Assembly: GCA_020721805.1 (NCBI GenBank)
Contig: DYMB01000001.1
Span: 243,149-307,148 of the forward strand
From: Acetofilamentum sp.
GTDB taxonomy: Bacteria; Hydrothermota; 32-111
Length of the DNA stretch: 64,000 bases
Direction: 5' to 3'
Shown here: positions 1 through 9,000 of the stretch, in pieces
Position numbering within the stretch: position 1 is the first letter of the stretch
Layout of the letters: every line of letters begins with the position of its first letter
Program-made: the position numbers and the translations under genes
Notes under the pieces: generated by a model
Databases searched by the model: none
Seen by the model: only the letters and a program-made list of their open reading frames with translations
Told to the model about the DNA's origin: nothing

Positions 1-1
1 C

Positions 2-1603
2 AAAAATGGTGGAGGTGCATTTCTTATTCCATACTTTGTTGCACTATTTGTTGCTGGAATACCACTGCTTATGATGGAAACTGCTCTAGGACAGAAATTT
101 CAGGGATCCTCTGCAAAAAGTTTTTCATCGGTATCAAAAAAATTTGAATGGCTTGGCTGGTTTGCAATATTCGTTGGAGTGATAATATGTTCATACTATG
201 CTGTTGTTCTTTCCTGGGCATTAAACTATCTTTTTTATTCTTTCAACCTTTCATGGAATACTACTGGTAGCATAAATTTTTTCTTTAACGATTTTTTAAG
301 AATTTCTCAAACCCCGTTCGATTTTTCAAAATTCAATTTTAACATATTTGCTGGACTTATTCTTATATGGTTTATATCCAGTTATGTTATTGTAAAAGGA
401 GTGAAATCTCTTGGTAAATTCAATATATTGTTATTACCCTTATCTTTTGTTATACTTCTTTTACTTTTGCTACGAGGGATAACTTTGAAAGGTTCCTTTT
501 CGGGATTGGAAAAATTCTTTACACCCGATTTTACAAAACTTCGTTCGATCAATGTCTGGCTTGAAGCTTTCTCTCAGATATTTTTTACACTATCCTTAGG
601 TTTTGGAATACTGATAGCATATGCAAGTTATAGAGATGAAAATACAGATATTGCAAACAACGCAAAGATAACCGGTTTTACAAACTCTTTGGTGGAATTT
701 CTCGCAGGTATAGCAGTTTTTTCCACAGTTGGTTTTCTTGCATTTTCCAAAAATGTTCCAATAGACTCTTTAAAACTTGGTGGTCCTGGTCTTGCTTTTG
801 TGACTTATCCTGAGGCTATATCCAATATTCCCGGCTTGCCAAATCTTTTTGGCATCATATTTTTTTTGATGCTTCTTTTCCTTGGTTTAACTTCACTTGT
901 TTCACTGATGGAGGCTGTAGTTACCGGGTTGAAGGATAAGTTCAACTTTTCAAGAAAAAAATCTGTTTTTATAATCGTAGCGGTTGATCTTTTCTTAGGG
1001 CTTTTTTATTGTTTTGGAAGTGGTTTATACTGGCTTGATATAGTAGATCACTGGATACTTTCATACGGACTTCTGGTTGTTGGACTCTTCGAAACCATAA
1101 TAGTAGGATGGATACTTGGTGCAAAGAAGTTGAGGGATTTTATAAATGAAGTTTCCGAAATAAAGATTGACAGATTTTTTGATCTCTCGATAAAATATCT
1201 TGTTCCTTTTATATTGATAATATTGATACTCTTTTCACTTTTCAACGAATTGCAAAAGCCTTATGAGGATTATCCTTTAAGTGCAAGAATATATGGAGGA
1301 TTTCTGGTTGTTATTTTTACACTTTTGGTATCTTTACTTGTGAGTAATTTTAAAAATTTTTATGATGTTTCAATATGGGGTAAATTTTATCTTTTATTCT
1401 TGATTTTTATCACATCAGTTTACTATATGATAGAAAAAACAAAAATTTTAAATGTTAAATTCAGTTTTAAATATAGCGCGCTGGTTTTCTTTTTGTTTGG
1501 ATTTATTTTACTTGTTGGGAATCTTTCATATGCTATCCATACTGCGATAAAGAATGAGAGAAAGAATAAAACGGAAGATAACACTACACCGACTACATTT
1601 TAA
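2..1603 (+). CDS. Sodium-dependent NSS/SNF family transporter (MetP-like), 5'-truncated by the window edge
   Basis: The frame is open from base 2 (KNGGGAFLIPY, an NSS signature) into the ORF at 71. Motifs YYAVVLSW, W.EAFSQIFFTLSLGFG..IAYASY and GPGLAFVTYP; many TM helices. Confidence 0.93.
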   Translation, partial: KNGGGAFLIPYFVALFVAGIPLLMMETALGQKFQGSSAKSFSSVSKKFEWLGWFAIFVGVIICSYYAVVLSWALNYLFYSFNLSWNTTGSINFFFNDFLRISQTPFDFSKFNFNIFAGLILIWFISSYVIVKGVKSLGKFNILLLPLSFVILLLLLLRGITLKGSFSGLEKFFTPDFTKLRSINVWLEAFSQIFFTLSLGFGILIAYASYRDENTDIANNAKITGFTNSLVEFLAGIAVFSTVGFLAFSKNVPIDSLKLGGPGLAFVTYPEAISNIPGLPNLFGIIFFLMLLFLGLTSLVSLMEAVVTGLKDKFNFSRKKSVFIIVAVDLFLGLFYCFGSGLYWLDIVDHWILSYGLLVVGLFETIIVGWILGAKKLRDFINEVSEIKIDRFFDLSIKYLVPFILIILILFSLFNELQKPYEDYPLSARIYGGFLVVIFTLLVSLLVSNFKNFYDVSIWGKFYLLFLIFITSVYYMIEKTKILNVKFSFKYSALVFFLFGFILLVGNLSYAIHTAIKNERKNKTEDNTTPTTF

Positions 1604-1604
1604 G

Positions 1605-1685
1605 TGCCGGGGAGGGGACTTGAACCCCTATGGGAAGCCCACACGCCCCTCAAACGTGCGCGTCTGCCAGTTTCGCCACCCCGGC
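1605..1685 (-). tRNA. tRNA-Leu(GAG), CCA not encoded
   Basis: Reverse complement GCCGGGGTGGCGAAACTGGCAGACGCG-CACGT-TTGAGGG-GCGTG, variable arm, GTTCAAGTC T-loop, acceptor CCCCGGC-A. Confidence 0.95.
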
Positions 1686-1689
1686 AGAA

Positions 1690-1762
<73 letters not shown>

Positions 1763-1772
1763 ATAAAAAAAA

Positions 1773-1800
1773 ATCATACAAAAAAATTTTTAAATGTCAA
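1773..1800 (-). promoter_or_regulatory. sigma70-type promoter for tRNA-Phe/Leu
   Basis: Minus strand TTGACA (1800-1795), 16 bp, TATGAT (1778-1773), just upstream of tRNA-Phe. Confidence 0.8.
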
Positions 1801-1813
1801 TAGAAAATTTTAC

Positions 1814-1843
1814 TTGACATTATAAATCTATAGGTTCTATAAT
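1814..1843 (+). promoter_or_regulatory. sigma70-type promoter, probably giving a leaderless mRNA
   Basis: TTGACA (1814-1819), 18 bp, TATAAT (1838-1843). The ATG at 1850 follows after 6 nt with no SD. Confidence 0.75.
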
Positions 1844-1849
1844 TTATAT

Positions 1850-4003
1850 ATGAAGGTTTTTTTAAAAATTTTACCATTTTTTCTTTTTTTGAAAATCTTT
1901 TCTTTAGATATTGGGAAAATGGACCCAACTCTTCTTTCCTATTTTTCAGAAGATTTAGGTAAAGAATTTTCTTTAATAGAGGTCAAAAGTTTACAGATAG
2001 ATTTAGAAAATTGTAAAAATGATTATAAAACTCTTTCCTACAATTTTTTTCTTGAAAATAAGGATAAGGATCTTTTACCTGTTATCTTAAAAGGTAATGT
2101 CTTAAAAATTTATCAATATGTTAGTGAGCCTTTGATAATAACTGATTCAATATTGACCGGATATGTAGATTTTATAACCCTTTCAAATATAACAGATTCT
2201 AATTTTCTGGATTACTGTGAGATTGCAAAACCTGTTTTTCAATCCTCTGATAGTGCAGCCTATTTTACAAGAATCTCACAGATGGTTAGAATGGGATATG
2301 ATGGAGAGGGTGTTAATATTTGTTTTATAGATGATGGATTCGACCCTTATTTTTTAAACAATGGTAATATCTCAAAATTTCAAATTTTATGGAACCAGAA
2401 GGGAAATAATAGTTTTCTTCCTCCGCAAGGTTTCTGGTATGGTGAAGAGGTGGATTCCACAAAGATAACTTACTACAGAATGGAGGATAGGACTGGACAT
2501 GGGACATCACTTCTTTCCATAATATCATCTGAAGGTTATTTTGTGGAAGGAATTTTAAAAAAATCTAAAATAATTGGAGTAAACACATATCCAAATACCA
2601 AAAATCTTATAGAGGGTATAAAATATCTTGTAAAAAAGGGTGAAGATTTTCAAAAACCTTTTGTTGTTTTTATGCCACTCAACTATTATTGGGGAGGGCA
2701 TAAGGGAGATGATCTGTTTGAAGATTGCTTGAAAAAACTTTTCCCACTGGAAGGTTTAAAAAGAGGTATATCGGTTCCAGCGGGAAATCTTGGTAACCTT
2801 AAAATAAATGCAACTTTAAACGAAATAGCAACAGATACATTTCAAGAAATTTTTTCAAATTCATCGGTATTGATTCTTACCGATACTTCTTATTTTCTTG
2901 ATATTGATATGATAAACGGAAACGATATCTTTTTAAGATTTTTCGTCGTGGATAATGGAGAGTTTAATATTTCAAAATGGATATCCCTAAAAGATAGTAA
3001 TGTTTTCTTTTTATATGGGCAAAACTATTTTATAGGTTTCGGTTTTAATCCAGAAAGAAAAAATTCACATTTAACTTTCCAACATGAAAATAGAGCATAT
3101 CTGGGAATACAGGTATTTAATAAAGATTTAAACGATTCTGTAGAAATGTTCATAACGAGAGGCGGAGCATTTATAAAACCTTCATATGAAAATTTTTTTG
3201 AAGGGAACTCATCTTCAACATTATGTTCTCCATCTTCAATCGAGAATGTTATCTCTTCAGGTTCATACATTTCAAGAACCAACGCTCTTATTTTTTCTTC
3301 TCAGGATACTCTTTTTAAAATATGTGGCTGGAATTCAAAAAACAAAAATAGTTTAAAACCGGATATTTTTTCTCCTGGGAAATATATATTAAGTATGAAA
3401 ATCGGAGAAAATGGAATACCTTATAAGGATAGTTCAGGCTTTTTTATGGGAACAAGTTATTCTTCAATCTTTACAGGTATAGCGCTTGTTCAACTACTTC
3501 AGGCTGATTCGAATTTAAGCGTTTATCAACTTTACCAGTTGATAAAGATCGGTGCTGATATCATTTCAGGTGATGCTTTGAATGGCTCAACATTTTCAGG
3601 TTATGGTTTTTTAAACATTTTTAGAAGTTTAAAGAGCCAATCCGTTGAAAAGTTCGAACCTCAATTTTCTGTTGAAAAAGGAAAAGATTTTATAAAAATT
3701 ATCTTGAAAAATTCTGATTATTCGATTATAGAATGTGTTAAAAAAAACTCATCCCTTAAATTTGAGAAATTCTTCAACTTTTTTGTTGACAAAAATCCTT
3801 TTATAGGGCAAAATATTTATTTGATAAAAATAAAAGATAATTCTAAAAAAATCCAGACCGTTGAATTGAGTGTTGATTTTGAAAAAGGGAAAAATAAAGA
3901 AAGAATTTTTGATATTATGGGAAGAACAGTCTTAAAAATTAAAAATAAAGGGGTTTATTTTAAAATGGATAATGGTAAAATAAAGAAAATAATAAAGTTT
4001 TGA
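1850..4003 (+). CDS. Exported S8 subtilase (Csp-like, with inserted domain) with a short T9SS-like C-terminal tail
   Basis: Signal peptide; catalytic motifs FIDDG (Asp), GHGT (His), PAGN (Asn), GTSYS (Ser), KPDIFSPG; tail IFDIMGR..KGVYF..KKIIKF. Confidence 0.8.
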   Translation: MKVFLKILPFFLFLKIFSLDIGKMDPTLLSYFSEDLGKEFSLIEVKSLQIDLENCKNDYKTLSYNFFLENKDKDLLPVILKGNVLKIYQYVSEPLIITDSILTGYVDFITLSNITDSNFLDYCEIAKPVFQSSDSAAYFTRISQMVRMGYDGEGVNICFIDDGFDPYFLNNGNISKFQILWNQKGNNSFLPPQGFWYGEEVDSTKITYYRMEDRTGHGTSLLSIISSEGYFVEGILKKSKIIGVNTYPNTKNLIEGIKYLVKKGEDFQKPFVVFMPLNYYWGGHKGDDLFEDCLKKLFPLEGLKRGISVPAGNLGNLKINATLNEIATDTFQEIFSNSSVLILTDTSYFLDIDMINGNDIFLRFFVVDNGEFNISKWISLKDSNVFFLYGQNYFIGFGFNPERKNSHLTFQHENRAYLGIQVFNKDLNDSVEMFITRGGAFIKPSYENFFEGNSSSTLCSPSSIENVISSGSYISRTNALIFSSQDTLFKICGWNSKNKNSLKPDIFSPGKYILSMKIGENGIPYKDSSGFFMGTSYSSIFTGIALVQLLQADSNLSVYQLYQLIKIGADIISGDALNGSTFSGYGFLNIFRSLKSQSVEKFEPQFSVEKGKDFIKIILKNSDYSIIECVKKNSSLKFEKFFNFFVDKNPFIGQNIYLIKIKDNSKKIQTVELSVDFEKGKNKERIFDIMGRTVLKIKNKGVYFKMDNGKIKKIIKF

Positions 4004-4015
4004 AAGGAGGTTTTT

Positions 4016-5824
4016 ATGTACAAAAAGTTTATTTTTGTTTTTCTGGTTTTATCATTTCTTCTCTCGTTTGCATATGTTGGTCCAAATGTGAAGTATCCAT
4101 TTAAACAGATTTCCTGGGTCGGTGGTTCTGGGCAGGATATTTTTACAGATGAGACAAAATTTCTTTCATCGGAAAGAATACATTTCTCTTTAAATCCTAT
4201 AACACTCGATTATATTGAGGATACTAATTTTACATTGGTATCAACATATCCTTCAGCAGCGGCAGGTAATGTTGGGACATCCAATGGCCTTTTAAATCTT
4301 AATGATACAATATTTGCTTTGGGTGGTTTAACAGCGAACCTATCTTATTCAATCAATAAAGGACAAACATGGCTTACATTTGATACATTACCAGTTAATC
4401 AAAATAATTCTGAACTTCTTACCTTTCAGAAGGTTAACGATACTATATATGTTGGTGGATACTGGGGAGCAGTAAATTTTGCTTTCATATTTAAAAGTTC
4501 AGATATGAAGACATGGGAAAATGTAACACAGCCTGACGGGGCTGCAAGAGTTTATACTATATTATATATTGGAGGTGATACATTTCTTGTAGCAGCAGGG
4601 GATCCAGATCAATCTTCCGCAGATCATGATGGACAGATCTTTAGAACGACAGATCGTTTCCAGACATATGATAAGGTTGATACACTCGGTTATGCTGCAA
4701 TCACCAATATTATAAAATATAATGGCGATACCCTTATCGCTTCAGGTGATAATATTTTATACGGTGAACCTATATTAATTTCAAAAGATAATGGAGTAAC
4801 ATGGGCAGCATCAGGTTCAGTTGACTCAGCTTTTACTTCTTCTGGTAATCCTTTTGCATTACTTTCACTTACAAAAATCGGGAATTATATTTTTACAGGA
4901 TCTTATGGTATTTTTGGTGGTGGAATTTATAGAAGCGGGGATGTTGGCAACACATGGGAGATGATGGACACTCTGAAAACAATACCTGATACCTGTGATA
5001 TAACAGGTTTTTACTCTTTTGATGGTGGCTCAACAATTTATGTCACATCAGGGCTTCCCGGTGTTTTATATAAAACTACCGATGGTGGATATACTTTCAC
5101 ATTTTGCGATTCTTTAACCGATAGTTCCGTAAAAGGTATGGTTAAACTTGGTGAACACACATATGGTGTTGGAGCAACTTCATCATCTTTAGGTGGAAAA
5201 ATCTATTATGACAGTTATTCTAAAAATGGTTATCTTGTTTCAAGTGCTATAAATATTGATAAATATGATACCATACCTGTTTCTGATTATTTTGATCTTT
5301 ATAATGTATTTATTACTTTCAATAAACCACAGTTTACAACTTTTACATTGAAAATGAGATCAGATTCCGATTCAACAATGGTAAATGCACCAGATTGGTC
5401 TTCATGTCCATCTGTAACGACATATAACAATTCTTCTAAGAATCTTACAGATATAACCTCAATAACAAATAAAGCTGGACATCATTATATTCAATATAGG
5501 ATAGATTTTACAACAACAAGGATGGAATTAACTCCATCAGTTGATTCTATATGGATAGAAAAAGTCTCAGGAATTGAGAATCTTAATCTTTTTTCAAAAG
5601 AGAATATTTCCATAACTTTTGCAAAAAATAAAGTTATCATTGATACAAAAGATCAGAGTGTAGTAAAGATTTTTGATATTGCTGGAAGAAATCTTATAAA
5701 TAGGAAACTCGTTGAAGGAAAGAATATAATAAAGACAAATATTTTACCATCAGGTAAATATATTTTAAAAGTATTTAATAATTCAAAAGAAATATACTCA
5801 AAAAGTTTCAATATTATAAAATAG
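4016..5824 (+). CDS. Exported BNR/Asp-box beta-propeller protein with T9SS type A-like C-terminal domain
   Basis: Signal peptide; repeated S/T-x-D-x-G-x-T-W/F boxes (SINKGQTW, SKDNGVTW, SGDVGNTW, TTDGGYTF); CTD KIFDIAGR...LPSGKYILKV...KSFNIIK. Confidence 0.8.
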   Translation: MYKKFIFVFLVLSFLLSFAYVGPNVKYPFKQISWVGGSGQDIFTDETKFLSSERIHFSLNPITLDYIEDTNFTLVSTYPSAAAGNVGTSNGLLNLNDTIFALGGLTANLSYSINKGQTWLTFDTLPVNQNNSELLTFQKVNDTIYVGGYWGAVNFAFIFKSSDMKTWENVTQPDGAARVYTILYIGGDTFLVAAGDPDQSSADHDGQIFRTTDRFQTYDKVDTLGYAAITNIIKYNGDTLIASGDNILYGEPILISKDNGVTWAASGSVDSAFTSSGNPFALLSLTKIGNYIFTGSYGIFGGGIYRSGDVGNTWEMMDTLKTIPDTCDITGFYSFDGGSTIYVTSGLPGVLYKTTDGGYTFTFCDSLTDSSVKGMVKLGEHTYGVGATSSSLGGKIYYDSYSKNGYLVSSAINIDKYDTIPVSDYFDLYNVFITFNKPQFTTFTLKMRSDSDSTMVNAPDWSSCPSVTTYNNSSKNLTDITSITNKAGHHYIQYRIDFTTTRMELTPSVDSIWIEKVSGIENLNLFSKENISITFAKNKVIIDTKDQSVVKIFDIAGRNLINRKLVEGKNIIKTNILPSGKYILKVFNNSKEIYSKSFNIIK

Positions 5825-5836
5825 AGCATTAAGATA

Positions 5837-5864
5837 TAAGGGGTGCAAAAATTTGCACCCCTTA
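5837..5864 (+). terminator. Strong hairpin after the 1850-5824 operon (terminator or 3'-stabilising stem, no U-tract)
   Basis: TAAGGGGTGCAAA / TTTGCACCCCTTA, a 13-bp inverted repeat. Confidence 0.6.
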
Positions 5865-5871
5865 AGAAAAA

Positions 5872-5889
5872 TGTGAAAAATTTTCAACA
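5872..5889. promoter_or_regulatory. Candidate upstream activator sequence for a sigma54 enhancer-binding protein
   Basis: TGT-GAAAAATTTTCA-ACA (TGT-N12-ACA with an internal TGAAAA/TTTTCA palindrome), about 70-85 bp upstream of the -24 element. Confidence 0.4.
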
Positions 5890-5954
5890 ATTTTCATTCT
5901 TTTTCTATTTCACTACTATTAAATATATATTTAAAAGAGAGTTAAAATGAAAGA

Positions 5955-5970
5955 TGGCATGTTTTTTGCT
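5955..5970 (+). promoter_or_regulatory. sigma54 (RpoN) -24/-12 promoter
   Basis: TGGCATG-TTTT-TTGCT: GG at 5956-57, exactly 10 nt, GC at 5968-69. No TTGACA-type promoter in this intergenic region. Confidence 0.75.
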
Positions 5971-6018
5971 TAAACAAGATTGTGTAAAGTTTAGTAAAAA
6001 AAATAGTAAGGAGGTAAG

Positions 6019-9000
6019 ATGAAGAAAATCTTAAATTTAATGCTTCTTTTATCTCTCCTTATTCTTTTTACCGGTGCAAAATCTTTTTCGCAAAAGAGTG
6101 TTGATTTTAACACCTCACCGGTTATGAATGAGGGGAATTTTGTGAATCCACTTGCTGATGGATTCAAATCTGTTGTAAAAGGTAAAGAGATGGTAAAAAG
6201 TTTGAAGGATCCAAACATTATCCATCTTCCTTACCATGATTTTGATGTTAGAAATGGTGAACCGAACATTCCTTCAGATTTAAGAGCAAAATCTTCAAAG
6301 GATGGATGGAACTATTACATCGTTAAATTTTCAGGTCCAGTTCTTGAAAAGTATAAGAGTGAACTTTCAAACTATGATGTTATGTTTGAATGGCCTATTC
6401 ATAACTATGGTTACATAGTTAAAATGAATGATGTCAATATTGAAAAGATTTCTAAACTTCCATATGTGAAGTTTATTTCTTTGTGGCATCCAGCCTACAA
6501 AGCCTCACCAAAATTCTTAAACTCAAAATCTGAACAAAAGAAAGAGATCGTTGTTCGTTTGTTCAGAAACGGTTCATATTATGAAGTTTTGAATTCACTT
6601 GAAAAACTTGGGGCAAGGATTATTGACAAATCTGAGCCTACGACAGCACTTGCAACTTTTCTTGTTGAAGTTCCAGAAAATATGATAGCAGAGATCGCAA
6701 AGATCAAAGATGTCTATCTTATGATGCAGTATGCAAAAAAATATCCACTAAACGATGTTGGAAGATCCATTATAATGAATGGTTCAACGACTGTTGGTGA
6801 TACTACAATATGGAAAATGGGAATTCATGGCGCCGGGCAGATAGTAAATGTAACAGATTCTGGAATTACTATTGGTCATTATGCGTTTTATGATCCATCA
6901 GTTTCACTTACAACATGGGGATATTATCCAACACATAGAAAAGTTATCGCTTATCTTCCAACCCATCCTAACTTCATTGATACATTAGATTTTGGAGATG
7001 GGAATAACCATTCATATCATGGAACACATGTAAGTGGAACTGTTGCTGGAGACGATTCTCTTCCTGGAGGAACTTCAAACTATGATGGTATAGCCAAACA
7101 TGCGAAGATACTTTTTATGGATGCTGGAAACACAGTTGATAATGGTTTGTGGATTCCAATAGATTGTTATTCAATGTTTGATACTATGTATGTTCATGGA
7201 GCAAGGATAACTTCAAACTCTTATGGGCCAGATGTTGGGACATATCCGGAACTTGGAGGAGCATATGATGAAGGATGCCAGCTGGCTGATGCCTATATGT
7301 GGGATCATAGAGATTTCAATGTTCATTTTGCTGCTGGAAATAGTGGTTCCAATGCAAAGACTATTGCTGGGACAGCCTGCGCAAAGGATGTTTATGCTGC
7401 AGGTTCACATCCTGAAAATTCAATTAACAATGTTTCTTCATTCTCTTCAAGAGGTCCAACCGCTGATGGAAGGTATGGTGTTACTTTGTTGACTCCAGGT
7501 GAAGCTGTTAGGTCAGCGGATGGTTCAACATCAGGTTCAAGTTCAAATTATAAAGATATGGATGGAACATCGATGGCAACACCATTCTCAGCAGGTGCTA
7601 TAGCATTGATTAGGGATTGGCTTGCACAGGGATTTTATCCAACTGGAACAAAAATACCTGAACACAGCATTACAAATCCATCCTCTGCTCTTATAAGAGC
7701 ACTCGCTGTAAACTCTGCAAACGATGCTGGACAGACGATCCCAAACAACGACTATGGTTTTGGTAGATTACAGTTAAACAATGCTCTATTCTTTTCAGAC
7801 ACAGCGGCACATTCACCAAAGGCTATTGTTTTTGATGATAATCATGAAGGTGTGTTAACAGGTGAATATGTTGAATATCAATTCAGTCTTACTGATACTT
7901 CTTCTGAATTAAGGGTAACACTTGTATGGACAGATTATCCGGCACCATTCTTTGGAGACAATAGTGTCACAGATACAACTCTTGTTAACGATCTTGATTT
8001 AGAGGTATACAATCCATCTGGAGCACTTGTTTCCGGAACCGACCATCTAAATACCATAGAACAGTATAGAAATACAACTCCAGCAAAAGGTATTTGGAAA
8101 GCAAGGGTTGTTGCAACAGATTGTCCTGTTTCTCCACAACCTTATGCAATCGTTGTTACATACAATCCTCTTAATGTAGCAAATGGTTCTGTAAAATTTG
8201 ATAAAGCAACTTATTCTACTATAGATTCTATAGCAACACTTATCGTAACCGATATGAATTTACCTGATAATGCTACTTTTGATATAAATGTTTACTCTCA
8301 ACTTGGTGATACAGAGTATGTCACTCTTACAGGAACAACTGGCCTATTTACTGGGACAGTTCAGATGGCTTATCAGGCAGCTATATCATCAAATGTTAAT
8401 GATGGGTACCTTGGGGTAAACAAGATTGATACTATATGGGCTATGTATAGTGATACAAACCCAGCAGAAACTTTGAGAGCAAGGGCTTTGATAGATAACG
8501 CTTCATTCACAATTTACAATGTAAGGTGCGAAAAGGCTGAAGGCACGAGGGCATTCATAGCATGGTCAACAACTGAACCCACAACAGGGAAAGTTTACTA
8601 TGGCACAACGACTTCACTTGGCTCTGAAACCGCTGAGAATCCAAACCTTGTTTATGAACACTCAGGTGACCAGGCTATAATTGTTTCTGGACTTACTCCA
8701 AATACTATCTATTATTATGATGTAGAATCTAGAGATAATAAAGGAAATAGTGTCAGGGATGACAATAATGGCTCTCATTACCAGTTTGCAACAGTAGATC
8801 TTTCAAGTGCTGACATTCTTGTTGTTGTTACCGATGATAATCTTCAAGGAGAACTTTTTGCACATCCAGAATTTTTGACTTATGCGATAGAACAAGGTGG
8901 ATGGAATTATGCCTGGTATCAGACCTCACTCAACAATTTGGGTCAGTTACCCGTTACCGATCTTTTGAGAAATTATAAGGCAATATTCTTGCAGTCAGGG

